DNA of 64,000 bases, from contig JBBRPR010000027.1 of assembly GCA_038227875.1 (NCBI GenBank), positions 1 through 64,000 of the forward strand. The letters are read 5' to 3'. The position numbers were made by a program, and so were the translations under genes. The notes beneath the pieces are model-generated. The model saw nothing but the letters and a program-made list of their open reading frames with translations. It was not told where the DNA came from and ran no database searches. Of this stretch, positions 48,267-58,362 are shown piece after piece (position 1 is the stretch's first letter; each line of letters opens with the position of its first letter). This DNA is from Planctomycetota bacterium. Lineage in GTDB: Bacteria; Planctomycetota; SZUA-567; H5-PLA8.

Positions 48267-49423
48267 TCGTCACGCACCTTTCCCGCGCCGCCGTGCGTTT
48301 TGTCATCCGGCGCGTCTTTGGAGTCGCGGCCAAAAATGTGCTTCGCGGCCAGCATGGCCAGATCACCGATGCGCGCGGATGTCGCTCCGCCGGCCGCGCC
48401 TAATTCCATCACGGGGCAGTGCACGACATCGGCGGCGTGTAGCATCGCGGCGCGGACGACATCCTTCTCTTCGTTATTCACACCGACCGGCACGACGAGC
48501 ACCGGAACAGCGCCGAGGCGCAGACAGACCTTGGCGAGATCCTCCCAATCAATCCGTTCCAGGCCGGGAGGTTTGCGCGTGGGGTTGCCGTCGCCGATCA
48601 GGTAGACGATTTCCGGCTTGTCGCGGCCGATGGCTTCGGGCAGCACGGCCAGGAGCGTGCGTGGCGTCGCGTCGAGTTCCTTGGCGGTCTTCGCGGTCCA
48701 GCCGGCGGGTGGTTTGCCGTCGAGTTCCGGAATCGGCAGCCCGGGTCCGGCAAACATCATGACGCCCGGTGTGGCCTTGCTCTTTTCATGGCCCTTCTGC
48801 ATTGCTTCGGCCACATCCGGTCCGAACGCGACGCCGCCCATGTCCATCTTGCGGGCTGGCGCTTTCGACGCGGCTTCGGCGAGTTGTTCCTGGCGCGTGT
48901 CGGGATCGATTTCCACACTGACAGTGCCGAACTGAACTTCACCCGCGGCGAGATTGAGCGTGAGATTGACGCAGGCCATCGCGGAGTCCTTGTCGACGGC
49001 AGCCAGCAGCGAAAGGCGCTGCCATTCCTTGTTGTCGGACGCGGGAACCTTGGTCAGCACCTTGTCGGTGCCTTCGTGGTCCTTGGTGATGAACTTGAGC
49101 TGCGGTACGCCGTCGGGTTTGCCGTCGACCGGCTTGAGCGCAACCGGCACGCGCACGAACGCCACGATGCGAAGGTTGTGCCCGGCGACTTTGTTTAGAT
49201 CCAACTGCATGGAGAGTTCCGGGTCGTCTCCGCCGCGCTGTGAGATTTTGAGCACTTTGCCACGGGTCGCGTCAGGAATGATCGCGAACTCGCCACGGAA
49301 GGTGGAGTAGCCGGTCGGGAGCGCTTTCAGATCGAGCTTATCGAAATCTTCATTAAGCACGATCTCGCCTGCGCTGAGCGTGCGAAAGAGCATAAATAGC
49401 GGAACCCACGCGAGAATTCTCAT
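48263..49423 (-). CDS. Secreted protein with architecture similar to 46947-48266
   Basis: Signal peptide, LNEDFD, C-terminal KPEIVYL..LGAVPVL. Confidence 0.6.
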   Translation of the reverse strand: MRILAWVPLFMLFRTLSAGEIVLNEDFDKLDLKALPTGYSTFRGEFAIIPDATRGKVLKISQRGGDDPELSMQLDLNKVAGHNLRIVAFVRVPVALKPVDGKPDGVPQLKFITKDHEGTDKVLTKVPASDNKEWQRLSLLAAVDKDSAMACVNLTLNLAAGEVQFGTVSVEIDPDTRQEQLAEAASKAPARKMDMGGVAFGPDVAEAMQKGHEKSKATPGVMMFAGPGLPIPELDGKPPAGWTAKTAKELDATPRTLLAVLPEAIGRDKPEIVYLIGDGNPTRKPPGLERIDWEDLAKVCLRLGAVPVLVVPVGVNNEEKDVVRAAMLHAADVVHCPVMELGAAGGATSARIGDLAMLAAKHIFGRDSKDAPDDKTHGGAGKVRDE

Positions 49424-49471
49424 TGGCTACGACTGTAACCTCGCTGGGGCCGAATGGCAATGGTCCCGTTC

Positions 49472-49620
49472 GTAGTCCGGGCGTCTGACGTCTTCGTTGG
49501 AAAGTTCAGGTGGATTGCGAAGCAATAATGAAGCGTGCTTTCGCGCAAAAGCGAGACTTTCGAAAGGATGTCGCTTCGTCGCAAAGGCTGCAGTTAGACC
49601 GGGCGAGACACCCGGACTAC
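49472..49620. repeat. Inverted pair of GTAG-type REPs (family A; REPIN-like)
   Basis: GTAGTCCGGGCGTCT at 49472 and an inverted copy at 49592-49620. Confidence 0.7.
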
Positions 49621-49799
49621 AAAAAAACTTGCGTTCCTATTTTAATTTTGTGTCTACTACCTTGACAATGCCGCACAAATAACGTTATTGAAGAATCTTC
49701 AAAACGCATGCGCAGCGAACTCACTTTTCCGCGGGCAAAATTGCCGGCGCAGGCGCGTGTTTGAAGGGTCCGGGAAGTACGGAGGCTTGAGAAAAACCG

Positions 49800-51257
49800 A
49801 TGAAATTCGAAGGCAAGATTCTGGTGATTGGGCTCGGCGCGGTGTCGCGCTGCACGCTGCCGCTGCTGTTCAAACACATCGAAGCGCCGACCAGCAGCTA
49901 CACGGTCATCGATTTCGCCGACGTGGATACCAATGCGCGCTTCGTCAAGGAAGCCGGTGCACACTTCGTCAAGGATCGCGTCACTCGCGAGAACATGGGC
50001 GAACTGCTCGGCAAGTACGTCGGCTCCGGCGACATCATCATCGATCTGGCCTGGAACATCGGCTGTACCGACATCCTGCAATGGTGCTACGACAAGAACG
50101 TCCGCTACATGAATACATCCGTGGAGCTGTGGGATCCGTATGAAGGTTCGCCGACGCAGCCGCCGACGGAACGCACGCTTTACGCTCGCCAGATGATGAT
50201 CCGGCGCATGATCAACAACTGGAAGCCCAAGCGCGGCGCGACAGCGGTGCTCGACCACGGCGCCAACCCGGGGCTGGTCTCGCATTTCACCAAGGCGGCG
50301 CTGGAAGATATTTCGCAGAAGTGGCTGGCAGAACACACGGAAGTCAACGAACGGCGCAACCTGATCGAAGAAGTCTACAAGAAGCGCATGTACAACCGCA
50401 TGTCGCAGCTGCTGGACGTCAAGGTCATCCACATTTCCGAACGCGACACGCAGATCAGCAACGTGCCGAAGAAGATGAACGAGTTCGTCAACACGTGGTC
50501 GATCGAAGGATTCTACGAGGAAGGCATCGCGCCGGCCGAAATGGGCTGGGGGACACACGAACGCACGCTGCCGCCGACGGCGCAGATGCATCTGGCCGGG
50601 CCGCTGAACCAGATCTGCATGGCCAACATGGGCGCTCGCACCTGGGTCCGCTCGTGGGTGCCGTGCGGTGAGATCGTGGGCATGGTCATCCGCCACGGCG
50701 AAGCGTTCTCGATTTCCGAGAGTCTCACGGTCAAGGAAGACGGTCTGCCCGTTTACCGTCCGACGGTCCATTACGCCTATTGTCCGTGCGACGCGGCGAT
50801 TGCCAGCCTGCATGAACTGCAGATGCGCCATTACAAGCTGCAGGACAACCAGCGCATCATGACCAACGACATCGTCGACGGACGCGATGAGCTGGGCGTG
50901 CTGCTGATGGGCCACGAATACAAGAGCTGGTGGATCGGCTCGCTGCTGGACATTCACGAAACGCGGCGCCTGAATCCGGATCAGAACGCGACGACGCTCC
51001 AGGTTGCCTGCTCGGTGATGGCCGCGGTACTGTGGATGATCAAGAACCCCAGCCAGGGCGTGTGCGTGCCCGACGACCTGCCGCACCGCGAAATTCTCGG
51101 CTACGCCAAGCCGTACCTCGGGCCGTTCATTTCGCAGCCCGTCGAATGGACGCCGTTGAAGAACTGGAACAGTTCCTTCGAACGCTACGGTACGCCGCGC
51201 CCGTCGGAGGAGGACGTGTGGCAGTTCAACACGTTCCTGCACCGCGGACTGACCTGA
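49800..51257 (+). CDS. hss: Homospermidine synthase
   Basis: HGANPGLVSHF, IHISERDTQ, FVNTWSIEGF, RPTVHYAY, DGRDELGVLL and NATTLQV. Confidence 0.93.
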   Translation: MKFEGKILVIGLGAVSRCTLPLLFKHIEAPTSSYTVIDFADVDTNARFVKEAGAHFVKDRVTRENMGELLGKYVGSGDIIIDLAWNIGCTDILQWCYDKNVRYMNTSVELWDPYEGSPTQPPTERTLYARQMMIRRMINNWKPKRGATAVLDHGANPGLVSHFTKAALEDISQKWLAEHTEVNERRNLIEEVYKKRMYNRMSQLLDVKVIHISERDTQISNVPKKMNEFVNTWSIEGFYEEGIAPAEMGWGTHERTLPPTAQMHLAGPLNQICMANMGARTWVRSWVPCGEIVGMVIRHGEAFSISESLTVKEDGLPVYRPTVHYAYCPCDAAIASLHELQMRHYKLQDNQRIMTNDIVDGRDELGVLLMGHEYKSWWIGSLLDIHETRRLNPDQNATTLQVACSVMAAVLWMIKNPSQGVCVPDDLPHREILGYAKPYLGPFISQPVEWTPLKNWNSSFERYGTPRPSEEDVWQFNTFLHRGLT

Positions 51258-51296
51258 GAACGGCAGTTTTGAGTTTCCACAATTCAAAACTGCTGT

Positions 51297-51890
51297 TCAG
51301 AAGCCATTGTTCTTCAACGTGTTCGACAAATTGCCGTTGTTGTATTGGTTGATGGCGTCTTTGTAGCGCGAGTTGCGGTACTGCTGATCGCGCTGCTTGC
51401 GCTGCTGCTCGTCCTGCTTGGCCTGTTGGGCTTCCAGTTGAAGCTCCTGCGCGAGCTCGGCTTCCAGCTTTTTCTTCAGCGCAATGGCTTCTTCTTCGGC
51501 CTTCTTCTTGGCGGCGGCTTTTTCTTCGTCGCGCTTTTTCTTGGCGTCGGCGATCTTCTTTTCGTCCGCGGCTTTCTCTTCGGGCTTGACCCACTTCCCC
51601 TTGTATTGAACCTTGCCGGCGGCGATGGCCTTTTCGGTCTCTTCCTTGAGCTTCTGCGCGCGGGCCTCGCGCTCGGCGATTCTCTCGGGCGTATCGGTCT
51701 CGATGCGCAGTACCTTTTCCATCGGGACGCGCATCGTTCCAAATTCGACCTGCAGTTCGATGTACTCTGCGTTCGATTTAACGATCGTGCCGTCGATGGT
51801 CTCGAGTGTTTTCATCACGACCGTGTCGGCGCGGGCGCTGAGGCCTAATAAGGTGGTGACGAGCACGAGGGCGAGTTTTGAAATTTTCAT
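51297..51890 (-). CDS. Secreted protein with charged coiled-coil tail
   Basis: Signal peptide, ADTVVMK and YKGKWV motifs, K/E/Q-rich tail. Confidence 0.75.
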   Translation of the reverse strand: MKISKLALVLVTTLLGLSARADTVVMKTLETIDGTIVKSNAEYIELQVEFGTMRVPMEKVLRIETDTPERIAEREARAQKLKEETEKAIAAGKVQYKGKWVKPEEKAADEKKIADAKKKRDEEKAAAKKKAEEEAIALKKKLEAELAQELQLEAQQAKQDEQQRKQRDQQYRNSRYKDAINQYNNGNLSNTLKNNGF

Positions 51891-52087
51891 CGTCTATTCC
51901 TGAGACGTTCACGCGGCTTCGAGATCCCGTCGCACTCCTCCAACTAACTATGCAGCCTAGTCTTAGGTCACCTAAAAAGCAAGAGGCAGGGCGCGCGGGG
52001 AGCTTAGAAAAAAATATTCAAGAAGTCTATAATAAGTGTGCCACATATTAGTTTTATGGGTGGGACCTCTGAAGAAAGGCAACCACC

Positions 52088-52318
52088 ATGAACGAGATTA
52101 AGAGCAAGGCTGGCCGCAAACCGTTGGGTGATCGTCCGATGGACGCGGTGATGCATGTACGCATTACGCGCGATGAGCATTCGGCGCTGAAGGCGTTGGC
52201 GGCGCAGAAGGGTGTATCGATTGGCAGCCTGTTGCGCACCGCCGTCACCGGCATGGTGGGCAAACCGGGCTCGATGGCTGCGGTTGCGGCTCCGGCAGTC
52301 CTGGAAAAGACCGTGTAG
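52088..52318 (+). CDS. Ribbon-helix-helix (CopG-like) DNA-binding protein
   Basis: AGRKP..MHVRITRDEHSALKALAAQKGVSIGSLLR. Confidence 0.75.
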   Translation: MNEIKSKAGRKPLGDRPMDAVMHVRITRDEHSALKALAAQKGVSIGSLLRTAVTGMVGKPGSMAAVAAPAVLEKTV

Positions 52319-52616
52319 TTCACCCTGTTGCGTTTCGATTCGTTTAAAATTTCGCAGTGGTAAAGTTTACCCCGGTTTCAAATTTGAAGCCGGGGTCGCA
52401 CACTCAAAATTCCACGAAAAAATTTCAATCGCAACTTCGAACAGCGATGTTCTGATGCGTCACGCGCAAACCCAACCCGCAGGCCCGCTTCCTTGAAAGG
52501 AGGCGGGAAAGTGGATCGGCGTGCGCTGTCGATTGATCCTGCTTTTGGCGCGCGTTCAAAAAATTGAGCTGCGCGGTTTTCAAATTTCGGTGTTTCCATA
52601 ACTGGAGGACACCGGA

Positions 52617-54371
52617 ATGAAAAACTGGCGCGTTCGAATTTTACCAGCGGTACTTTTCCTTGGTTCGGGTCTCGCCGCATGCGCGGAAAATGCGCCGCGC
52701 GTGATCGGCGATTTCGAATCGGCCGACGCGATCGCACTGATTGCAAAGAATGCCGAAGCGGCGAAAGCGGAACTTGCCACGAACAAAGGTGTGACCCACG
52801 GCAAGGGCGCACTGAAAGTGGCGTTTCAAAAAGGCGCGCAGTGGGCCTCGCTGGTATTCGACGGCGACGCGGTGAAGGGCTGGGATGCGGCGGAAGCCGT
52901 GAGCGTCGATGTCTTCAGCGACGATGAGAAATCGGTCGAACTGGTCTTCGAACTGTTTGATGCGCGGAGCACGAACCACGGTACGCGCTGCACTTTTCCA
53001 GGAATGGCCATCGAAAAGGGCCAGCGCACACTCACGTGGAGTCTGCTGAAAGCGCGCCGCAACGAGAAGGAAAACGCCGACTGGGAATCGCTCTCCGACG
53101 CAGACAAGATCGAGCTCAAAGCGCTGACGCGCATCAAGTTTTTCACGACTCCGCCGGCCGACCACGATGCGGTTGTGTACTTCGACAACCTGCGCCTGAT
53201 CCCCAAGAGCGCCGCGCGGCTGGAGGCTGAACAGAAAGAAGTCGCCGCCGCGAAGAGCGAAAAAGTCATCTACTTCAATGATTTTGAGAACGGCAAAGGC
53301 TTGCGCGGCGAAGGCGTTCCCTTTAAAGGCAGCTGGGGTCCGCTCGACGAGAATGGCCAGGCGGAAATCGTTGCGCCCTTGGGAAAGGGCAATGATTCGC
53401 AGAAAGTGCTCTCCGTGAAAGCCGTGAAAAAAGCGCCGTCGATCTGCATGGAACTGCCCATGCATCACACGGTCTGCGAACCGGAGCATTGGGACGCGAT
53501 TGTTTCGATGCGGCTATTCAACGAGAGCTTTGACTCGTTTGAGATGACGTACTCGCCGATCATCCCGAGCGATACGACGTTTCATCGCGTCGCGTTCAAA
53601 GCGCCGAAAGGCGAATGGACCACCATTGAAATGCCGCTGGATAAATTTCTCTTCCAGGGCCGGCGTCCGCGGCGCGGGTGTCCGCTGGAGTACCTCTGCT
53701 TCATTGGCATCGGTCCGGAACACGAAGGCAGCAGCTTCCAGCTCGATGATTTCAAAATCCGCCGCGTGATGCGCACGGGCCAGCCGGAACCGAAACCCAA
53801 AGCGGCGCTGAGCGCCGGGATGATTTATCGGCAGGACTACAATGACCCGCAGGATTTCGACATCGAAGGCTACTACCCGTTCACGAAAAACTGCAACGTC
53901 TTCCGGATTCCTGGCGGTCTTGACGGAGCAGGAAGAGCAGTCGCGCCGACGAAGGAAGACGAAGCCGCGTTTCCGTTCGGTTGTTTGACCGTCGAATGTT
54001 ACGAGCCGGGACAGAATTTTCTCGGCGGGCGGAGCCTGGATTTTCCGGCCGAGGGCAACGTAATCGAATTCGATTGCCTGATGGAAGGCGCCGTCGATCT
54101 GGCCGTGGTCACGCGCGGTCCCAAGGGAAAATGGCGCAACTATCCCAAGCCGTTCCCGGCCGGAACATGGACGCATGTCGTGGTGGCCGCCGACGAATTC
54201 ACATTCTTCGGCCAGCCGATCAAGGATCCCGCGCAGACCAAGCCCAGCAAGGCCGAGCGCTTTACCGCGCTGTTGTTCAGTGCGACGGCGGACAAATCGG
54301 GAACGAGTCATGTGCTGATCGACAATCTCGTCGTCCGCAAAGCCGACGCGCCGAACGAGAAGGGAAAGTAG
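52617..54371 (+). CDS. Secreted protein with three tandem CBM-like jelly-roll domains
   Basis: Repeated DFE/DYN starts and YFDNL, QLDDF, LIDNL ends. GGAGG RBS. Confidence 0.7.
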   Translation: MKNWRVRILPAVLFLGSGLAACAENAPRVIGDFESADAIALIAKNAEAAKAELATNKGVTHGKGALKVAFQKGAQWASLVFDGDAVKGWDAAEAVSVDVFSDDEKSVELVFELFDARSTNHGTRCTFPGMAIEKGQRTLTWSLLKARRNEKENADWESLSDADKIELKALTRIKFFTTPPADHDAVVYFDNLRLIPKSAARLEAEQKEVAAAKSEKVIYFNDFENGKGLRGEGVPFKGSWGPLDENGQAEIVAPLGKGNDSQKVLSVKAVKKAPSICMELPMHHTVCEPEHWDAIVSMRLFNESFDSFEMTYSPIIPSDTTFHRVAFKAPKGEWTTIEMPLDKFLFQGRRPRRGCPLEYLCFIGIGPEHEGSSFQLDDFKIRRVMRTGQPEPKPKAALSAGMIYRQDYNDPQDFDIEGYYPFTKNCNVFRIPGGLDGAGRAVAPTKEDEAAFPFGCLTVECYEPGQNFLGGRSLDFPAEGNVIEFDCLMEGAVDLAVVTRGPKGKWRNYPKPFPAGTWTHVVVAADEFTFFGQPIKDPAQTKPSKAERFTALLFSATADKSGTSHVLIDNLVVRKADAPNEKGK

Positions 54372-54404
54372 CCAGCGGCGGGAAGTCCGTTAGGATGCGG
54401 CAGT

Positions 54405-55046
54405 ATGAGCATGCCCAAACTTCCCCAGCGCGGTTTTGAACGCGAAGATGAATCGCCGGATGCGCTGTTTTATCTGCAGCCGCGCCTGGTCACGCACATC
54501 GACGACGGCGCGATCGCGGCGGTCACGCAGCTCTATCGTGAATTTCTGCCCGCTGGCGGCACGATTCTCGATGCGATGACCAGTTGGATCAGCCACCTTC
54601 CGCCGGAAGTGCAATATGCGCACGTCGCCGGCCTCGGCATGAACCACGCGGAACTCGCCGCCAATCCACGCCTCAATCGTTTCGTCGTTCACGACCTGAA
54701 CCGCAATCCGGTGCTGCCCTTTTCAGATGCGGAGTTCGATGCGGCGGCGATCTGCGTTTCGATCGATTACCTCACCGATCCCGTCGCTGTGTTGCGCGAT
54801 CTCGGCCGGGTCGTGCGCGCGGGCGGGCCGCTGGTGATCACGTTCTCCAACCGCTGCTTTCCGACCAAGGTGATTCGCGCGTGGCTGCGCACCGACGACG
54901 CCGGCCGCATCGAGCTGGTGAAAGCGATGCTGCGCGGCGCGGGGAATTGGGATCGGATCGAAAGTGTCGACCGCAGCCCCGCTCCGGGGCGCAGCGATCC
55001 CTTGTATGGGGTAATTGCGCGAAATATGGGTACCGTCGTGTCTTGA
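54405..55046 (+). CDS. SAM-dependent methyltransferase (type 11-like)
   Basis: REDESPD..FY..PRLVTHIDD and ITFSNRCFPTK. Confidence 0.88.
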   Translation: MSMPKLPQRGFEREDESPDALFYLQPRLVTHIDDGAIAAVTQLYREFLPAGGTILDAMTSWISHLPPEVQYAHVAGLGMNHAELAANPRLNRFVVHDLNRNPVLPFSDAEFDAAAICVSIDYLTDPVAVLRDLGRVVRAGGPLVITFSNRCFPTKVIRAWLRTDDAGRIELVKAMLRGAGNWDRIESVDRSPAPGRSDPLYGVIARNMGTVVS

Positions 55047-55204
55047 TCGCGCAGCTTCATGCACGGATTTTCAGGCGGGACGCCTGCAAAAGTTTGCCGG
55101 ACAGACACAGCCCGCCGTTGCTTGATTCTAATTCGCGTTCCTGCTCTAATACGAACAGCAAGTTAACCACAGTGCCGCAACCGATTTCCATACTGGAGTG
55201 ATTC

Positions 55205-55954
55205 ATGGCCGGACATTCACACTCAGCCAACATCGCCGTTCGCAAAGGCAAGCAGGACGCCTTGCGCGCACGCATGTTTGCCAAGCTTTCGAAGAACATC
55301 ATGGTCGCGGCGCGCAAGGGTCCGGATCCGGATTCCAATTTCGGGCTGCGTCACGCGATCGAACTGGCGCGCGCGCAGTCGATGCCCAAGGACAAGATCG
55401 ACCATGCCGTGAAAAAAGGTGCGGGCCTGATCGAAGGCCAGAAGTTGTCGGAAGTCACGTACGAAGGCTTCTACGGCAATGTGGCGATCATCGTCGAAAC
55501 GCTCAGCGACAACCTCAACCGCACGCGCCCCGAAATCGCCAAGATGTTTGAGCAGGGCGGCGGCCGCATTGGTGCAGCGGGCGCGGTGATGTGGATGTTC
55601 AAGCGGGCCGGATTGATTGCCGTCAAGACGGACAAGATCGCCGAAGAAAAGCTGATGGACATCGTGGTTGAAGCCGGCGCGGACGACTTAAGCACCGCCG
55701 GCGATGTTTACGAGATTCTCACCAGCGTGGAAAAGTTCGAATCCGTACGCAAGGCGCTGGCGGCGAAGAATATTCCGACCGAACTGGCCGAGCTGAAATT
55801 CCTGGCGGAAAACGAGACTGAAGTCGACGTCAAAACCGCGCGCAAAGCGCTGGAACTGATCGACGACCTCGATGGCCACGACGACGTCAACAACGTCCAC
55901 CATTCCATGAAGCTGACCAGCGAACTGATCGCAGCTTTGAAAGCTGAAGCATGA
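55205..55954 (+). CDS. yebC: YebC/PmpR family protein
   Basis: MAGHSH, YEG, LSDNLNRT and LDGHDDV. Confidence 0.93.
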   Translation: MAGHSHSANIAVRKGKQDALRARMFAKLSKNIMVAARKGPDPDSNFGLRHAIELARAQSMPKDKIDHAVKKGAGLIEGQKLSEVTYEGFYGNVAIIVETLSDNLNRTRPEIAKMFEQGGGRIGAAGAVMWMFKRAGLIAVKTDKIAEEKLMDIVVEAGADDLSTAGDVYEILTSVEKFESVRKALAAKNIPTELAELKFLAENETEVDVKTARKALELIDDLDGHDDVNNVHHSMKLTSELIAALKAEA

Positions 55955-55986
55955 TGTGAATGCAGCATACCTGTCGAGTGGAATGG

Positions 55987-56013
55987 AGCCGGAAGCATTG
56001 CTTCCGGCTTTTT
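55987..56013 (+). terminator. Terminator-like hairpin between yebC and ruvC
   Basis: AGCCGGAAGCA-T-TGCTTCCGGCT-TTTT. Confidence 0.7.
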
Positions 56014-56090
56014 AATTCCGGCCGTGCACGAATTACGCCGATAAATAGATCGTCACCGGACTACCGCGCACCACTTTCTGAGCATTGCCA

Positions 56091-56744
56091 ATGGCGTTGG
56101 ACGGAATCTCGATCGATGAATTTCTGGCCATGACATCCAGCAAGGGCGGGAAGCGGAGTAAGCGCTCTGGTGCGGCGGCGTTGCTGCCGTCGACATCGCT
56201 GCTCCCGCCGTCGGCGTCGCACCATCGCCAGACGCTCGCGCCCTCGAAACTCGCGCCGCCGCTCAAGCCGCTCCGGCTGATGGGCATCGATCCCGGCACG
56301 CGGTTCGTGGGCTGGGGCGTTGTTGAGATGCAGCCGCGCGATCGCTCGCTGCGGCTGATCGACTGCGGGTGCATCGCGCCGTCGGTTAAACTGGAACTGC
56401 GCTTCCGCCTCCGCGCGATTTTCACGGACCTGGAACTGATTCTCGCTCAGACCAAACCCGATGCAGCGGCGCTCGAAGAAACGTTCGCCGGCGTGAACAT
56501 GAAATCCGCCATCGCCATGGGCGAAGGTCGCGGCGTAGCGCTGCTGTGCTTAACGCGCGCCAATCTGGACGTACTCGAACTGTCGCCACGCTCGATCAAG
56601 CAGGCTGTTACGGGCAGCGGCGCATCGGGAAAAGCTCACGTCGCGGCCATGGTTGCGGCGCATCTGAAACTTCACAAAGCGCCCGAACCCGAAGACGTCA
56701 CCGACGCGCTCGCCGCAGCCATCGCGCTGGCTCAACGACTGTAG
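56091..56744 (+). CDS. ruvC: Holliday junction resolvase RuvC
   Basis: MGIDPG, ALEE, IKQAVTGSG and DVTDALA. Start uncertain. Confidence 0.92.
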   Translation: MALDGISIDEFLAMTSSKGGKRSKRSGAAALLPSTSLLPPSASHHRQTLAPSKLAPPLKPLRLMGIDPGTRFVGWGVVEMQPRDRSLRLIDCGCIAPSVKLELRFRLRAIFTDLELILAQTKPDAAALEETFAGVNMKSAIAMGEGRGVALLCLTRANLDVLELSPRSIKQAVTGSGASGKAHVAAMVAAHLKLHKAPEPEDVTDALAAAIALAQRL

Positions 56745-56760
56745 ATTTGAGAGTTTTGAC

Positions 56761-56796
56761 TTCTAACCACATGGCCAATTGGCCATGTGGTTAGAA
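56761..56796. repeat. Perfect 36-bp palindrome between convergent genes
   Basis: TTCTAACCACATGGCCAA|TTGGCCATGTGGTTAGAA. Confidence 0.9.
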
Positions 56797-56837
56797 TCAG
56801 ACAGTTTCGATCATGATCATTAGAAAACGACTTGGTT

Positions 56838-57131
56838 TTACGGCTCGAAGTCTGCCATCACGCGCCGCGCCGGGATGCCGTGGTGGAGCAGGAATTGAAT
56901 GTAGTCGTCGATCAGCCAGGAGTACGCGCGGTACGATTCAGTCGTCAGCTCCGACGTAAAATACGTGAGCGGAATCGTGAACGAATCCGTCTCGGAATGG
57001 AGCGCGACACCGAGTTCAAACGAACCGGTGTCGAGCCCGTCCTTGTACATCGAGACGATGATCTTCGGCGCGTCCTGACCAGCGATGTGTTCGCGGCACC
57101 ATTCCAGCGCATCGGTGTCGATTTCAACCAT
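56838..57131 (-). CDS. Small acidic hypothetical protein
   Basis: 97-aa ORF with host-like codon usage. Confidence 0.65.
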   Translation of the reverse strand: MVEIDTDALEWCREHIAGQDAPKIIVSMYKDGLDTGSFELGVALHSETDSFTIPLTYFTSELTTESYRAYSWLIDDYIQFLLHHGIPARRVMADFEP

Positions 57132-57198
57132 GTCCGATAATGTAGGGAGCTTTTTTTCGCGCGCAAGACGTATTGATCATGGTGCAGCGCAAAACTTC

Positions 57199-58218
57199 TC
57201 AGGGCGCTTTTTCGTCGGGCTTGGCGCCCAGTTTCTTCACGAGATTGCTGGCTTCATCGAGCGTTTTTACCAGCGTGGCGGTCTGGTCGTGAAGCTGCGC
57301 CACTTCGGCGCGCAGTGACACCAATTGTTTTTCAGCATCCGCGAGCACTTCGGGAAGCGAGGCCGTCTTCGCTCTCGGAGCAAGCGCGGCCCCGGCCTCC
57401 TCGATCTGCGTTTCACCCACCAGTCCGGCGCGCTTTCGCATCATCTCGGGCGAGACGACCGAAATGGACGCAGGGGCGGGCGCTGCCTGTGGTTCAAGCG
57501 CTTTCATCAGCAGGCGGGCGCGGATCTGGATCTCCGGCTTGTCGTCGCGCGCGGCGATCTGGCTGAGGACTTCGATCGCCGGCGTTCCCAGCGCGAGCAG
57601 CGCTTTTTCTGAAGCGGCGCGCTTGTCGGCGTCATCGAGACTCAGGTCCTTGGCGAGTTTCTCCGCTTCTTTCGTCGCATCGTCCGGATCGTAGTGCATG
57701 CCGAGCACATACACATCGCCGGCTGCTTTCTGGTTGTAGACGAGCAGATCGATCGCGCGCACGTCGCCAGAGGATTCGACGTCCTGCGTGTAATTCCAGT
57801 CGCTCGACGCGGTCTTCCAGATCTTCGCGGAGACGTCGAACTCGAGTTTGTTCCAACCGGGCTTCACCGCGACGCGCTTGGCCTCGTGATAGATGTACGC
57901 AGGGGCCGTCGACAGGGCGAGACTGACGTCGATTGCCTTCTCAGAATATACCTGCAGCGTGAACTTTCCGTTCTTCGGCAGACCCATACCGGTGTTGTGG
58001 CGGAACGCAGCTTTTTCCTTGCCAGCGGGAACGAAGATCAGTTTCATCAGTTTGCATTTCTTGGCGTCAACATGATCCACAGCGCCGGGATTGCCCCAGC
58101 CTTCGACGAGCCACTCGCCACTTTCCGGGCCCGGCGCGGCGTCGGGAACATCCGGGATCTCGATGGCCAGAACCAGTGGAGTTAAAGAGACAAGGAGCAG
58201 CAGCAGGGCAGCGCGCAT
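57199..58218 (-). CDS. Secreted protein: beta-sandwich + HEAT-like + coiled coil
   Basis: Signal peptide, DLSLDDADKRAASEKALLALG, AAGGA RBS. Confidence 0.75.
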   Translation of the reverse strand: MRAALLLLLVSLTPLVLAIEIPDVPDAAPGPESGEWLVEGWGNPGAVDHVDAKKCKLMKLIFVPAGKEKAAFRHNTGMGLPKNGKFTLQVYSEKAIDVSLALSTAPAYIYHEAKRVAVKPGWNKLEFDVSAKIWKTASSDWNYTQDVESSGDVRAIDLLVYNQKAAGDVYVLGMHYDPDDATKEAEKLAKDLSLDDADKRAASEKALLALGTPAIEVLSQIAARDDKPEIQIRARLLMKALEPQAAPAPASISVVSPEMMRKRAGLVGETQIEEAGAALAPRAKTASLPEVLADAEKQLVSLRAEVAQLHDQTATLVKTLDEASNLVKKLGAKPDEKAP

Positions 58219-58362
58219 GATCCATTCCTTTCGTTGTGGTGAGTTGACGAAGCAGGTCCTGCTCTACATTGAATGAGCGGGCGCCAACGTTTCACAAATC
58301 ATAAAAAAAACCGCGCAGGCCGCGCGGTGAACTTCAGGACCGGGACTCAAAGTCTCCGTCGG

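Noticed and set aside
52088..52318. Toxin-antitoxin pair around the RHH gene
   Set aside because: No adjacent toxin-like ORF is present.
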